Positions 20,707-29,854 of a stretch of DNA of 64,000 nt are shown here, piece after piece. The position numbers and the translations under genes are program-made. Origin of the DNA: Myxococcales bacterium (GTDB taxonomy: Bacteria > Myxococcota_A > Polyangia > Polyangiales > DASUME01); assembly GCA_047601445.1 (NCBI GenBank), contig JASGJH010000001.1, positions 9,024,001-9,088,000 on the forward strand, given 5' to 3'. Position 1 is the stretch's first letter. Each line of letters opens with the position of its first letter. The notes under the pieces were generated by a model. That model was given only the letters and a program-made list of their open reading frames with translations, was not told where the DNA came from and did no database searches.

Positions 20707-22332
20707 TCACTCGAGGGTCACGTCCGGAAGGGCGTCCGGCTCAGCGGCCCCGAAGAATACCTGACGCTCCCCGCCATAGATGTCCGTGTAGCCGTCTCGG
20801 TTCAGGTCGCCGACGAAGCTGGAACAAACGGGCAGGACCAAGTCGGGCGTCTCGCGAAGACTCGCGCCGCCAAAATACAAGTTGCCGCCGCCGCCCGAGG
20901 AGCACGTCAGCAGGTCGGGGAAGCCATCCCCGTTGAAGTCACCGAACCCGGCGAGAGACTGATCGGGCAGCCCCAGCGCGACGTCCCCATAGAAGGCGGA
21001 TCCGCCCAAGCGAACTTCTACAGCGCCATTTTCCAGCTCGAACGCCAAATCCATGAACTGATCGCCGTTGAGATCGCTGCCGCCTCGGATCGCCCCGTGG
21101 CGCCAGCCCGGGACCACGCCGAACAGCGAACGCGCCGTGGTGCCGTCGCTCGTGGGACCGCCTGCAATCAACGACACGTTGTCCTCACCGCTTATGGGAC
21201 CAAACAATGGCGTGACGGTCAGGTCAACGTTGTCGCTCGCCACCAGGTCTGCAAAGCCATCTCCATTGATGTCACCCGCGGGGGTCATGGCGCATCGATG
21301 GCCGCCGTAGGACCACCACCCGGCGAATATGCAAGCTCCGACCGTCGAGAACTCACGCACGAGGTCCGCATAACCGTCGGCGTTGAGGTCGACATTGCCT
21401 TCGACGAGGCCTTCGAACCAACTGCCTTGGTTGCGAGGCGAACCAACCATCGTCGTGGTGCGTCGCGTCCAGCTCGCGCCCCCATAGAGGACGTGCGCGA
21501 TTTCTGCGGGATCCCAGGTGGGCGACGGGCGATCGATGACGGCGAAATCAGCGAAGCCGTCCGCGTCGAAATCGCCGATGTCGTAGTTGCCGCGGAACAT
21601 GTGGTAGTAGTCACCGTCCTTGCCGATGTCGAGCGTGATGTTCTCGTCGGGTAGGCCGTCGAAGTCCGGGCCACCTAGATAGGTTCGGAAATGGCCTCTC
21701 CGGACCCCCTCCGCGTCGACAATCTCGGACCCAGCATCCAGGAGAAGGTCCGCATAGCCGTCTCCGTTGTAGTCGTTGAATCGTCGGTCCACGTCCACGT
21801 AGATCACGGGAGACCACGCATCGCAGCTGCTCTCCGTGCAAGCACGGTGACGCCAGTAGTAGCGCCGCCCGACCGGTGGCTCATCGTTGGCGGGTAGCGC
21901 GGTTGCCGGCGTGTAAATGGGCGCCGCTAGCGCAGTCTCGTGGATCTCCGGACTCTCGAAGGCGCACTCGGCAAAACCCGGCGTCACACAGGTGTCGTCG
22001 ACATCGAGCTCGTAGCGCGTCGCTCCAGCAGAAGCGGGCCAGTGGAATGTGGGCCTGCGTGCCAAGCGACCCAGCGTGTCGCCGGTGAGCTCGCCCGAGT
22101 AGGGGCGCACGCCAGGGGGTAAGGGCTGCGCCGTACTCGCATCCGCTTCGCTCGCGTCGCGCGGTCCGGCGTCGCGCGGTCCGGCGTCGCGCGTCATCCC
22201 ATCCGGGCCGGCATCGGCAGCGTCCGGGTCGAGCCCGCCGTCGGGGTGTCCTGTCTTCGTTCGCGCTCGCATCGGATCGTCAGCCCCTAGGTCGCACCCC
22301 GACGCGGCTCCGAGCAACAGACCCCATGCCAT
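20707..22332 (-). CDS. Lipoprotein with D-A-G linker, FN3-like domain and seven FG-GAP/VCBS Ca-binding repeats
   Basis: Lipobox AASGC; seven DxNxDGxxD-type repeats (DYNGDGYAD, DFDADGFAD, DLNADGYAD, DINGDGFAD, DLNGDQFMD, DFNGDGFPD, DLNRDGYTD); start codon uncertain. Confidence 0.85.
   Translation of the reverse strand: MAWGLLLGAASGCDLGADDPMRARTKTGHPDGGLDPDAADAGPDGMTRDAGPRDAGPRDASEADASTAQPLPPGVRPYSGELTGDTLGRLARRPTFHWPASAGATRYELDVDDTCVTPGFAECAFESPEIHETALAAPIYTPATALPANDEPPVGRRYYWRHRACTESSCDAWSPVIYVDVDRRFNDYNGDGYADLLLDAGSEIVDAEGVRRGHFRTYLGGPDFDGLPDENITLDIGKDGDYYHMFRGNYDIGDFDADGFADFAVIDRPSPTWDPAEIAHVLYGGASWTRRTTTMVGSPRNQGSWFEGLVEGNVDLNADGYADLVREFSTVGACIFAGWWSYGGHRCAMTPAGDINGDGFADLVASDNVDLTVTPLFGPISGEDNVSLIAGGPTSDGTTARSLFGVVPGWRHGAIRGGSDLNGDQFMDLAFELENGAVEVRLGGSAFYGDVALGLPDQSLAGFGDFNGDGFPDLLTCSSGGGGNLYFGGASLRETPDLVLPVCSSFVGDLNRDGYTDIYGGERQVFFGAAEPDALPDVTLE
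22154..22193. repeat. 15-bp tandem repeat (2.7 copies) encoding GPRDA units
   Basis: GCGTCGCGCGGTCCG at 22154 and 22169, partial copy at 22184. Confidence 0.9.
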
Positions 22333-22779
22333 GCCGACGCGCCCCCAGGCCCGCGCGCCTCGCGCCGAGAGCCCAAGAGTGGGCTCCTGAATGATGAGAC
22401 TTCTTCGCTCCACTTTGCCTCTCCCGCGCATCACCATCGGAAGGTCCGTTCTGAAGATTGGGCGAAGCCATCGACCGGGAATGCGTTCGATGGCCCCCGT
22501 CCCCGGTCTCCGCCGCCTGTTCTTTCCGGTCGGCCCCAACATGCACCGCAAACGAAGCGATTCCCGGCGCCGGGGTGAGCGGGGGAGCGACGCAGGGGCC
22601 GGGTGACCCGACCATGGGACACGTCAGTCCCCCTTTCGCGCCGATCGCCTCGAGCCCGTACTCTTTGCTGCTACGCGTCATGAAGCCGTGCTGCCCAGTT
22701 GCCATCTGAAAGGCGAATTGCGGTCACAATCTCGCGACCTTGCGCGCACATACCCACATCCAAGGGCTTGTTGATGGGC

Positions 22780-22788
22780 TGTGGATAA
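22780..22788 (-). promoter_or_regulatory. Perfect DnaA box
   Basis: TGTGGATAA = reverse complement of TTATCCACA, in an AT-richer intergenic region. Confidence 0.45.
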
Positions 22789-22915
22789 AGTTCGAAATGC
22801 GGTTCCTTTCCCGTCTGATCGCCGGCTTTCGAATTGTGAATTGTGATCTGCGACTGAAACATCGATTTGTCGTGGATTGGCGGCCGTTTGTGGGGCGTGT
22901 TACGTGCGTTGCACC

Positions 22916-23780
22916 GTGAGAGAACCGTCCGAGTCCGCGCCCAATCTCGCTGTTTTTGCCGATTTCGAGAACGTCGCTCTCGGAGTTCGGGACGCCAAGT
23001 ACCCGAGCTTCGACATCGACTTGGTGCTCCAGCGCCTCCTCGACAAGGGCAACGTGGTGGTCAAGAAGGCCTACTGCGACTGGGAGCGCTACCGCACGTC
23101 GGTGCGCCAGCTGCACGAGGCGGCTTTCGAGCTCATCGCGATCCCCCACGTCTCCTACTCCGGCAAGAACTCCGCCGATATCCGCCTGGTCGTGGACGCG
23201 CTCGACCTCTGTTACACGAAGGCCCACGTCGACGTGTTCGTGATCATCTCGGGCGACAGCGACTTCTCGCCCCTGGTCAGCAAGCTGCGCGAGAACAACA
23301 AGCAGGTCATCGGCCTCGGAGTGAAGAACTCCTCGAGCGACCTGCTCATCGATAACTGCGACGAGTTCATCTATTACGACGACCTGGTGCGCGACAAACA
23401 GCGTCCCAAGGGCGCGACCAAGGCCAAGAAGGCCAAGAATCACGGTGCCGCCACAAAAGAGCATTCCGGCGGCGGACGGCGGCGGGCGCGTGCAGCACGC
23501 CAAGCGCGAGCCGGAGAGCGCCGAGGACGCCAAGCTGGAGGCCATCGAGCTCGTGCTCGAGACCGTGGAGGGCCTGTTCCGCGAGCGCGAAGGCAACCTG
23601 TGGGGCTCGATGGTCAAGCAGACGCTGAAGCGCAAGCGCCCCATGTTCAACGAGAGCTACCACGGCTACGAGAGCTTCACGCAGCTGTTGGAAGACGCCC
23701 AAGAACGGGGGCTACTCAAGCTACAGAAGGAACCCAAATCGGGGGGGTACGTGATCCTCGGTTTCGGACCCGAAGCCTGA
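22916..23780 (+). CDS. NYN (LabA/DUF88, PIN-like) domain protein with C-terminal OST-HTH/LOTUS domain; frameshift near 23438
   Basis: AVFADFENV, GKNSADIRLVVDA, ISGDSDFSPLV, CDEFIYYD; LOTUS-like WGSMVKQTLKRKRPMFNESYHGYESFTQLLEDA in the +1 frame. Confidence 0.9.
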
Positions 23781-24013
23781 GCTTCTCGAGCCGTCTCTGA
23801 TTTGTCTCGCTGGGGCTGCGCCCGCGGCGTCGACGTGTGTTATGTGGATCACCGCCCTCCGGCCCGTGTGAATCCGAACGCGCGGGGCACGGTCATTCGG
23901 GAACTTGCCCGGAGACCGCGGTTTCTGACGAGGGCGCTTCGCGCTTTCGCGCGGCATGTCTCGGGTGGTTGCGGGTGCGCTCTGGCGGGCGCCTTGGACG
24001 GAGAAAAGAAGAT

Positions 24014-24628
24014 ATGCGTTCGATGTACTTGATGGCCGTGGTGGGCGCGCTTTGCCTGGGTGGTCTGACGGCCGGTGCGAGCACGGCCGAGGCGCAGGCC
24101 AAGAAGTTCAAGGTGGAGCCGGCGGCGAGTCAGATCCAGTTCGTTTCGGACGCGCCGCTCGAGAAATTCACGGGCACGCTGAGCAATCCCACAGGCCACC
24201 TTACGGTGGATCCCAACAAGCCGAGCGACGCCAAGGGCAGCGTGAAGGTGGAGATCCACACCATCAAGACCGGCATCGAGCTGCGCGATGAGCACGTGCA
24301 GAACGAGAGCTGGCTCGATGCCAAGAAGTTCCCGCACGCCGACTTCGTGATCACCAAGGTGAGCGGCATCGACAAGCTCAAGGCCGGCGAGTCGGTCGAG
24401 GCCACGGTGACCGGTAAGTTCACGCTGCACGGTGTGACGCAGGAGGTCACGACCAAGGCCAAGGTCCGCTACACCCCCGCCGAGGCTGGCAAGGGAGAGG
24501 CTTTGCGCATCGTTGGTTCCTTCACCATCAAGCTCGAGGACCACAAGGTCTCGATCCCCAAGATCGTTGCCCTCAAGGTGTCACCGGATATCGTGGTGAA
24601 CATCGATCTACGCGCCGCAGCAGAGTAA
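24014..24628 (+). CDS. YceI family periplasmic lipid/polyisoprenoid-binding protein
   Basis: Signal peptide ending AEA; TGIELRDEH..WLDAKKFP; GKFTLHGVT. Confidence 0.9.
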   Translation: MRSMYLMAVVGALCLGGLTAGASTAEAQAKKFKVEPAASQIQFVSDAPLEKFTGTLSNPTGHLTVDPNKPSDAKGSVKVEIHTIKTGIELRDEHVQNESWLDAKKFPHADFVITKVSGIDKLKAGESVEATVTGKFTLHGVTQEVTTKAKVRYTPAEAGKGEALRIVGSFTIKLEDHKVSIPKIVALKVSPDIVVNIDLRAAAE

Positions 24629-24848
24629 GCGAAATCGCAAGGGTTTCCGGCTCCGCACAGGTTTCTGTGGCGTTTCCATTTCAAACTTCTCATGACAATG
24701 GAAAATCGCCTTGTGCTCCCCAATCGGAACGCACACGATGTATCGATAGGGTGGTCACTAAGTCGTTGTCGTAATCAGAGCCACAGGGATTGTTGAGACT
24801 TCGTGGCCGCCCCGAAGCGTGCGTCACCGACGCAGTAGGGAGGCGACT

Positions 24849-25112
24849 ATGATGCTCGAGCGGCACTCCTGGCCTGATGTCGATGGATTACCCGTGAGCG
24901 TGGGAGACTGGATCGAAGTCTTCTGCAGCTGGACCCACGATCCCAAGTTCGATGGTCGCGCTGTCCAGGTCGTGGACATCTTGCGTGGCGGACGCGGAGT
25001 CGTGTTCAGGCTCTATGACCCGCAGGCTGCCGATGCCTCCCATTTGTACGTGTTGGCGGACGGTCACGGCTACCGTCGCGTGAGCTTCACGGCGCCGCGC
25101 GAGCTCAACTAG
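24849..25112 (+). CDS. Small hypothetical protein (87 aa, beta-rich)
   Basis: GGGAGG SD 5 nt upstream; protein-like composition; no overlap with other genes. Confidence 0.65.
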   Translation: MMLERHSWPDVDGLPVSVGDWIEVFCSWTHDPKFDGRAVQVVDILRGGRGVVFRLYDPQAADASHLYVLADGHGYRRVSFTAPRELN

Positions 25113-25178
25113 CGCGGTCGTCCGGTCGAAGCGGACGCATCGACTCGCGAGCAGCAGGAACGGGACCTGGAGGCCTGG

Positions 25179-26534
25179 CTACTCGTCGCCTTGCGGCTTT
25201 ACGGAGGCGATCCAGGCGTCGTAGTCGCCCGCGTAACCGACCTTGCTCCAGAGCGCACGCACGCCCTCGTGGATGCGGCCGATCGCCTCGGGCGAGAGAG
25301 CCGGGCGTGCCGCCACCGCGGCATCCAGCGTGACCGCCGCGGCAGCGCGTGCGGCGGCGTGGGCCGAGTCCAGCGAGAACTCGCCGTCGAGACCGAGGTA
25401 GCGGAGGACCTGCTTGGAAATCTCCGCCGAGCTCTTGCGGCTTTCTTTGATGTTGCCCTTGCCGGTGAGCACGTTGCCCAGACCGAACACGTGATCGAGT
25501 CCGCGTACTGCGCCAGTGTCCCAGTCGGCGTAGTCCACGAGCTCGCCCTTCATGGGCAGGCCCTCGACGGGCGTGGGTACCGAGCCGATAGAACTCACCA
25601 CGAGGGGACTGCGCACGTCGACGACATCGCCGGGGATAGACTCGAGCTTGCCTTGGTTGGTGCGCGTGCGCTGGAAGCGAATGCCGACGAGGCGCCCATT
25701 CTCCAGCATGGGCTCGAGGGGCGAGTGATTACCGGCGAAGCGCACGAGGTACTTCTCCGTGACTTTGTCCATCACCTTGGCGCGTACCTGGGCGACCTTG
25801 GCCAGTTGCTCGGGCGTGGCGTTGTCGGGCGCCGAGGCCAGCGGCATCGCGGACTTCTCGCGGCGGTAGTAGAGAGTTGCGCCCTTGAGACCCAGGTCTG
25901 CCGCACTCAACGCGTGCTTGGCGAGGGTCTCCGGAATGCCCGCGTGCTCGAGGTCGAGCGTGGTCACGCGGATGCCGCGCGCCGCGAGCGCACGCTTGTA
26001 GAGCTCGCAGTTGATGATCTTGGCGACGTCGATGGAGGCCAGGCCTCCGCCGATCACCGCGGCGCCGTCGTGGACCTCGAAGTGCTGGCCGGAAAAGCCC
26101 TGGTCTGGGTAGTGGTTGTACCAGTAGACGAAGGGATTTTGATACACGAGGCCCGGGGCTTCCGAGGCGGGCGAATCGCCGAACAACGGTCGATCGCGCC
26201 AGGCGCCGCTGGCCAGCAGCACGGCGTTCACGCCCCATGCATGCAGCAGCGTATCGAGGGTGACGTCGCGGCCTAGCTTGGTGCGCGGCACGAACAACAC
26301 GCCGGATTTGGCGAGATTGCGGCCGATCTGGGCGTACTCCTTGTCCCGGAGCTTCTCGTGCCAGCGGGGCAAACCGTCCTCGATTTTGCCGAACGGACGC
26401 TCGTTTTGCTCGAGCACGATGGCGAGGATCCCGCGGTCTGCACACAGGCTCGCGGCTTCCGAACCGGCCACTGCGCCACCGACGATTGCGACCACGTGGC
26501 GAGGGCGGTCAGGGGTGGAAAATTCGTAGGCCAT
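25179..26534 (-). CDS. FAD-dependent oxidoreductase, ferredoxin/adrenodoxin-NADP+ reductase-like
   Basis: AIVGGAVAG FAD motif, PFGKIEDGLP, LGRDVTL, FVYWYN, VIGGGLASIDVA, VVSSIGS. Confidence 0.85.
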   Translation of the reverse strand: MAYEFSTPDRPRHVVAIVGGAVAGSEAASLCADRGILAIVLEQNERPFGKIEDGLPRWHEKLRDKEYAQIGRNLAKSGVLFVPRTKLGRDVTLDTLLHAWGVNAVLLASGAWRDRPLFGDSPASEAPGLVYQNPFVYWYNHYPDQGFSGQHFEVHDGAAVIGGGLASIDVAKIINCELYKRALAARGIRVTTLDLEHAGIPETLAKHALSAADLGLKGATLYYRREKSAMPLASAPDNATPEQLAKVAQVRAKVMDKVTEKYLVRFAGNHSPLEPMLENGRLVGIRFQRTRTNQGKLESIPGDVVDVRSPLVVSSIGSVPTPVEGLPMKGELVDYADWDTGAVRGLDHVFGLGNVLTGKGNIKESRKSSAEISKQVLRYLGLDGEFSLDSAHAAARAAAAVTLDAAVAARPALSPEAIGRIHEGVRALWSKVGYAGDYDAWIASVKPQGDE

Positions 26535-26755
26535 GCAAGGTGTTGACTCTAAGGGAGTGCTCCCGGCGCACAAGTAAAATCGGCTGCCGCTACCCCCCGG
26601 CTCGAAACCGTTCACCCACCCCTTATGCCCGCTCGCCGCAAACTGGACCCGTAGCCCATCCGGCTTGGTAATCCTCTACCACTGGTTATCCGGAACCTGG
26701 GTCAACCGGCAGACTTTTCGGGCGAGGCCGCCCGCATCCACACGAGGCTTAGAGC

Positions 26756-28261
26756 ATGGCAACGGACAGCACGGACATCGGGATCAGCGGGTTTGCGGTG
26801 TATGCCCCGCCCTTCAGGGTGTCGCTCGAGCGTTGGTGCGAGTGGACCGGGAACCCCTGGGATAAGGTCTCGTCGGTGGTCGGCAGTGGTTTCCGCCAGC
26901 CTGGGCCCCACGAGAGCATCTACACGATGGCGGCCAACGCCGCGCTGCGCTTGATCGACCAGTACCAGATCGATCCGCGCGAGGTGGGCTACTTTGCCTT
27001 CGGAACCGAGTCGAGCACCGACAACGCGGCTGGCGCGGTGATCGTGCGGGGCATGGTCGACCGGGCGTTGGCTGCACGCGGACAGCCGCGGCTGTCGCGC
27101 GCCTGCGAGGTGCCGGAGCTCAAGCATGCGTGTCTGGGCGGCGTGTACGCCATCAAGGGCGCCGTGCGCTACCTCGCGACCGACGGTCGCGGCAAGAAGG
27201 CCATCGTGGTGTGCGGGGATATCGCCGAGTACGAGCGCGGTTCCAGCGGTGAGCAGACCCAGGGCGCCGGTACGGTGGCCGTGTTGCTCGAGCAGAACCC
27301 CAAGCTTTGCAAGGTCGACTTGCGCAACTCGGGCTCTTCCTCGGACTACCGGGGCCTCGACTTCCGCAAGCCCGTGAGCCGGCACTTCGCCGACGAATAC
27401 GCGCCCAACACGCACCGCTACGCGGACTTTCCGGTGTTCAACGGGAAGTACTCCACGTTCTGCTACCTCGACGCGGTGACCCACGCGGCCAGTGCGATGT
27501 TCGAGCGGCTCGGCGTGGAGCCCAAGGCGTTCTACGAGGGGGTCGCCGGCATCTTCATGCACCGGCCCTACCACTGGATGCCGGTCAACGGCATGACGGC
27601 CATGTTCGTGTGGGGCTTGGCCGACAGCGAAGAAGGTCGTCGTGAGCTCGCCGCGTTGGCGGACCAGGCGCGTGTGTCACTCGACGCCGTGCTGGCCGAG
27701 ATCCGTGAGAGTCGTGACCTCCTGGACGGTGCTTTGAGCCAGGGCATCGACTCCGATCCCTACCCGAATGCAAGCGCCGTGGTGAAGGCGGCCCGCAGTT
27801 CGGCGTCGCTCAAGAACATCCTCAAGAACAAGATGCGCCTCGGCTCCGAGGGCATGCGCGAGCTCGGCAACCTGTACACGGCCGCGTTGCCTGCCTGGCT
27901 GGCGGCGGGCTTCGAGGAAGCGCGCACCGAGGGCGCGGACCTGGCCGGCAAGACCTTGCTCGCCGTGGGCTACGGCAGCGGCGACGCGGCCGAGGCGATT
28001 CCGCTCCAGGTGGTGGAGGGCTGGCAGGAAGCGGCCGGCAAGATCGGCTTCGCGCGAGCCCTCGCGGGTGCGGTCGACCTGACGCGAGAGCAGTATGAGA
28101 AGCGTCACGATGGCTTCGAAGTGGACGTGCCCTACGAGGCGCGCGGTGCCTTCGTGGTGGAGCGCGTCGGGCAGCGCTTGAGCGGCGATCTGCTCGACAT
28201 CGGCATCGAGTACTACCGCTACATTCCGCAGGCCGGCGAAATCGCCAACGCCGCGGAGTGA
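26756..28261 (+). CDS. Hydroxymethylglutaryl-CoA synthase family protein
   Basis: GTES (catalytic Glu), KHACLGG (catalytic Cys), GEQTQGAG, DFRKP, FMHRPY, GNLYTA, GYGSG. Confidence 0.88.
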   Translation: MATDSTDIGISGFAVYAPPFRVSLERWCEWTGNPWDKVSSVVGSGFRQPGPHESIYTMAANAALRLIDQYQIDPREVGYFAFGTESSTDNAAGAVIVRGMVDRALAARGQPRLSRACEVPELKHACLGGVYAIKGAVRYLATDGRGKKAIVVCGDIAEYERGSSGEQTQGAGTVAVLLEQNPKLCKVDLRNSGSSSDYRGLDFRKPVSRHFADEYAPNTHRYADFPVFNGKYSTFCYLDAVTHAASAMFERLGVEPKAFYEGVAGIFMHRPYHWMPVNGMTAMFVWGLADSEEGRRELAALADQARVSLDAVLAEIRESRDLLDGALSQGIDSDPYPNASAVVKAARSSASLKNILKNKMRLGSEGMRELGNLYTAALPAWLAAGFEEARTEGADLAGKTLLAVGYGSGDAAEAIPLQVVEGWQEAAGKIGFARALAGAVDLTREQYEKRHDGFEVDVPYEARGAFVVERVGQRLSGDLLDIGIEYYRYIPQAGEIANAAE

Positions 28262-28362
28262 GCAGCGCGAGCGGGCGCCTGTGTGCGCTTCGCTGAGCGG
28301 GCTTGCGGGGGACTGCCCCCATGACTTGCTCTTGCTCCAATGACGGGACACACCTCGGGCCC

Positions 28363-29364
28363 ATGAGTGCCTTGAGCAAGCCCATCGCGGGCAAAGTGGT
28401 GGTCACCGGCGCCAGCGGCTTCATCGGCGGGCAGCTGCGGGACGCGCTCCTCGGCAGCGGCGCCGACGTCGTCTCGTTGGTACGACCGAACTCGCCCCCG
28501 GTACGGCGTGGGCGGGGCGCGGCGGTGAACTACACGGACATGGCGGGCCTGCGCGAGTTCTTCGAGCGCGAGCGGCCGGACTACGTGTTCCATGTGGCGG
28601 GCGCGACCAAGGGCGTGACCTACGCCGATTTTCACGCGGGCAACGTGATGCCCACTGTGAACGTGATGCGCGCGCTGCGCGATACGCACCCGGAGGTCAA
28701 GCGCTTCGTCTTCGTGTCGTCACTGACCGCCTACGGACCGAGCAAGGGGCGTACGAGGCTGCGCGAGAGCGATCCACGCGAGCCCGTGGAGCACTACGGA
28801 CGCAGCAAGCTGGAAGCGGAGCTGGCGGTGGAGGCTCTGGGGGACGCGTTGCCCTGGACCATCATTCGACCGCCGACCGTATACGGGCCTGCCGAGGTCG
28901 ACATGTTCACCCTCTTCAAGGCGGCGCACTCGGGTGTGAACCTGTTCTACGGCAACCGCGAGAAGCTGGCATCGGCCGTGTACGTGGATGATCTCCTCGA
29001 CGGCATGGTGCTCGCCGCGCAGTCGGACGCAGCGGTTGGTCGCGGGTATTTCCTGACGGATGGCGAGTCGTACACGTGGGAGCAAATCCAGCGGCACATC
29101 GTGGCGGCGGTGGGCCGGCGCACGCTCACGGTGAGCCTCCCGGGGTTCCTGGTGCCTGCCGCGGGCGCGGCGGGTGAGCTGCTGACGGCCTTCGACAAGA
29201 AGCCGAGGCTCATGAATCGGCAGAAGGCCATCTTGGATGCGCAGCACGCCTGGCTGTGCTCCCACGACGCGGCCAGCAAGGACCTCGGCTACGCACCTCG
29301 CATAGGCATGGCCGAGGGAACGCGGCGTGCCTACCGCTGGTACCAGGAGAATGGCTGGCTCTGA
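28363..29364 (+). CDS. NAD-dependent epimerase/dehydratase (extended SDR)
   Basis: VTGASGFIG, YGRSKLEAE (YxxxK), IRPPTVYGP. Confidence 0.9.
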   Translation: MSALSKPIAGKVVVTGASGFIGGQLRDALLGSGADVVSLVRPNSPPVRRGRGAAVNYTDMAGLREFFERERPDYVFHVAGATKGVTYADFHAGNVMPTVNVMRALRDTHPEVKRFVFVSSLTAYGPSKGRTRLRESDPREPVEHYGRSKLEAELAVEALGDALPWTIIRPPTVYGPAEVDMFTLFKAAHSGVNLFYGNREKLASAVYVDDLLDGMVLAAQSDAAVGRGYFLTDGESYTWEQIQRHIVAAVGRRTLTVSLPGFLVPAAGAAGELLTAFDKKPRLMNRQKAILDAQHAWLCSHDAASKDLGYAPRIGMAEGTRRAYRWYQENGWL

Positions 29365-29438
29365 TCAGTTCGGCGTCCAGAACGCGCCAAGGCGTCAGGA
29401 CGCGTGCGGCTCGAGCAACTGACTCGTACGCGCGCTGA

Positions 29439-29822
29439 TCAGTTCAGCGTGTACGGCATGCTCAGCGAAAACGGCGCGATGGTGGCGCGAAACACGCTGT
29501 CGTCGTCGCGCTTCATTTCGTAGCTGCCGTGCATGGCGCCGTGTGGCGTGGAGAGCACGCAGCCGCTCGTGTACTCGAAATGCTGACCGGGCTCGAGCCG
29601 CGGCTGGGCTCCGACCACGCCGGGACCGCGCACTTCTTCGACGCGACCACTGCCGTGCGTGATGACCCAGTGACGACTCACGAGCTGGACCGGTCGCCGA
29701 CCTTCGTTGGTGATGCGAACCGTGTACGCGAAGACGTAGCGCTGTTGGCGCGGCGCCGATTGATCGGCGATGTAGGAACTCTTGACGCTCACGCGCACGC
29801 CTTGAGTGACCGCTTCGCTCAC
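29439..29822 (-). CDS. apaG: ApaG (DUF525) protein
   Basis: YVFAYTVRITN, QLVSRHWVIT, GPGVVGAQP, FEYTSGC, MHGSY. Confidence 0.96.
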   Translation of the reverse strand: MSEAVTQGVRVSVKSSYIADQSAPRQQRYVFAYTVRITNEGRRPVQLVSRHWVITHGSGRVEEVRGPGVVGAQPRLEPGQHFEYTSGCVLSTPHGAMHGSYEMKRDDDSVFRATIAPFSLSMPYTLN

Positions 29823-29854
29823 AACTCCGTGTTTACCACAGGCGGGGTATTTCT

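Noticed and set aside
22560..22710. c-di-GMP or other riboswitch upstream of the FG-GAP gene
   Set aside because: GC-rich stems are possible but I could not match a known aptamer consensus; needs an Rfam search.
22700..22915. Replication origin (oriC)
   Set aside because: Only one perfect DnaA box, no clear DUE repeats, and no dnaA, dnaN, gidA or parAB nearby.
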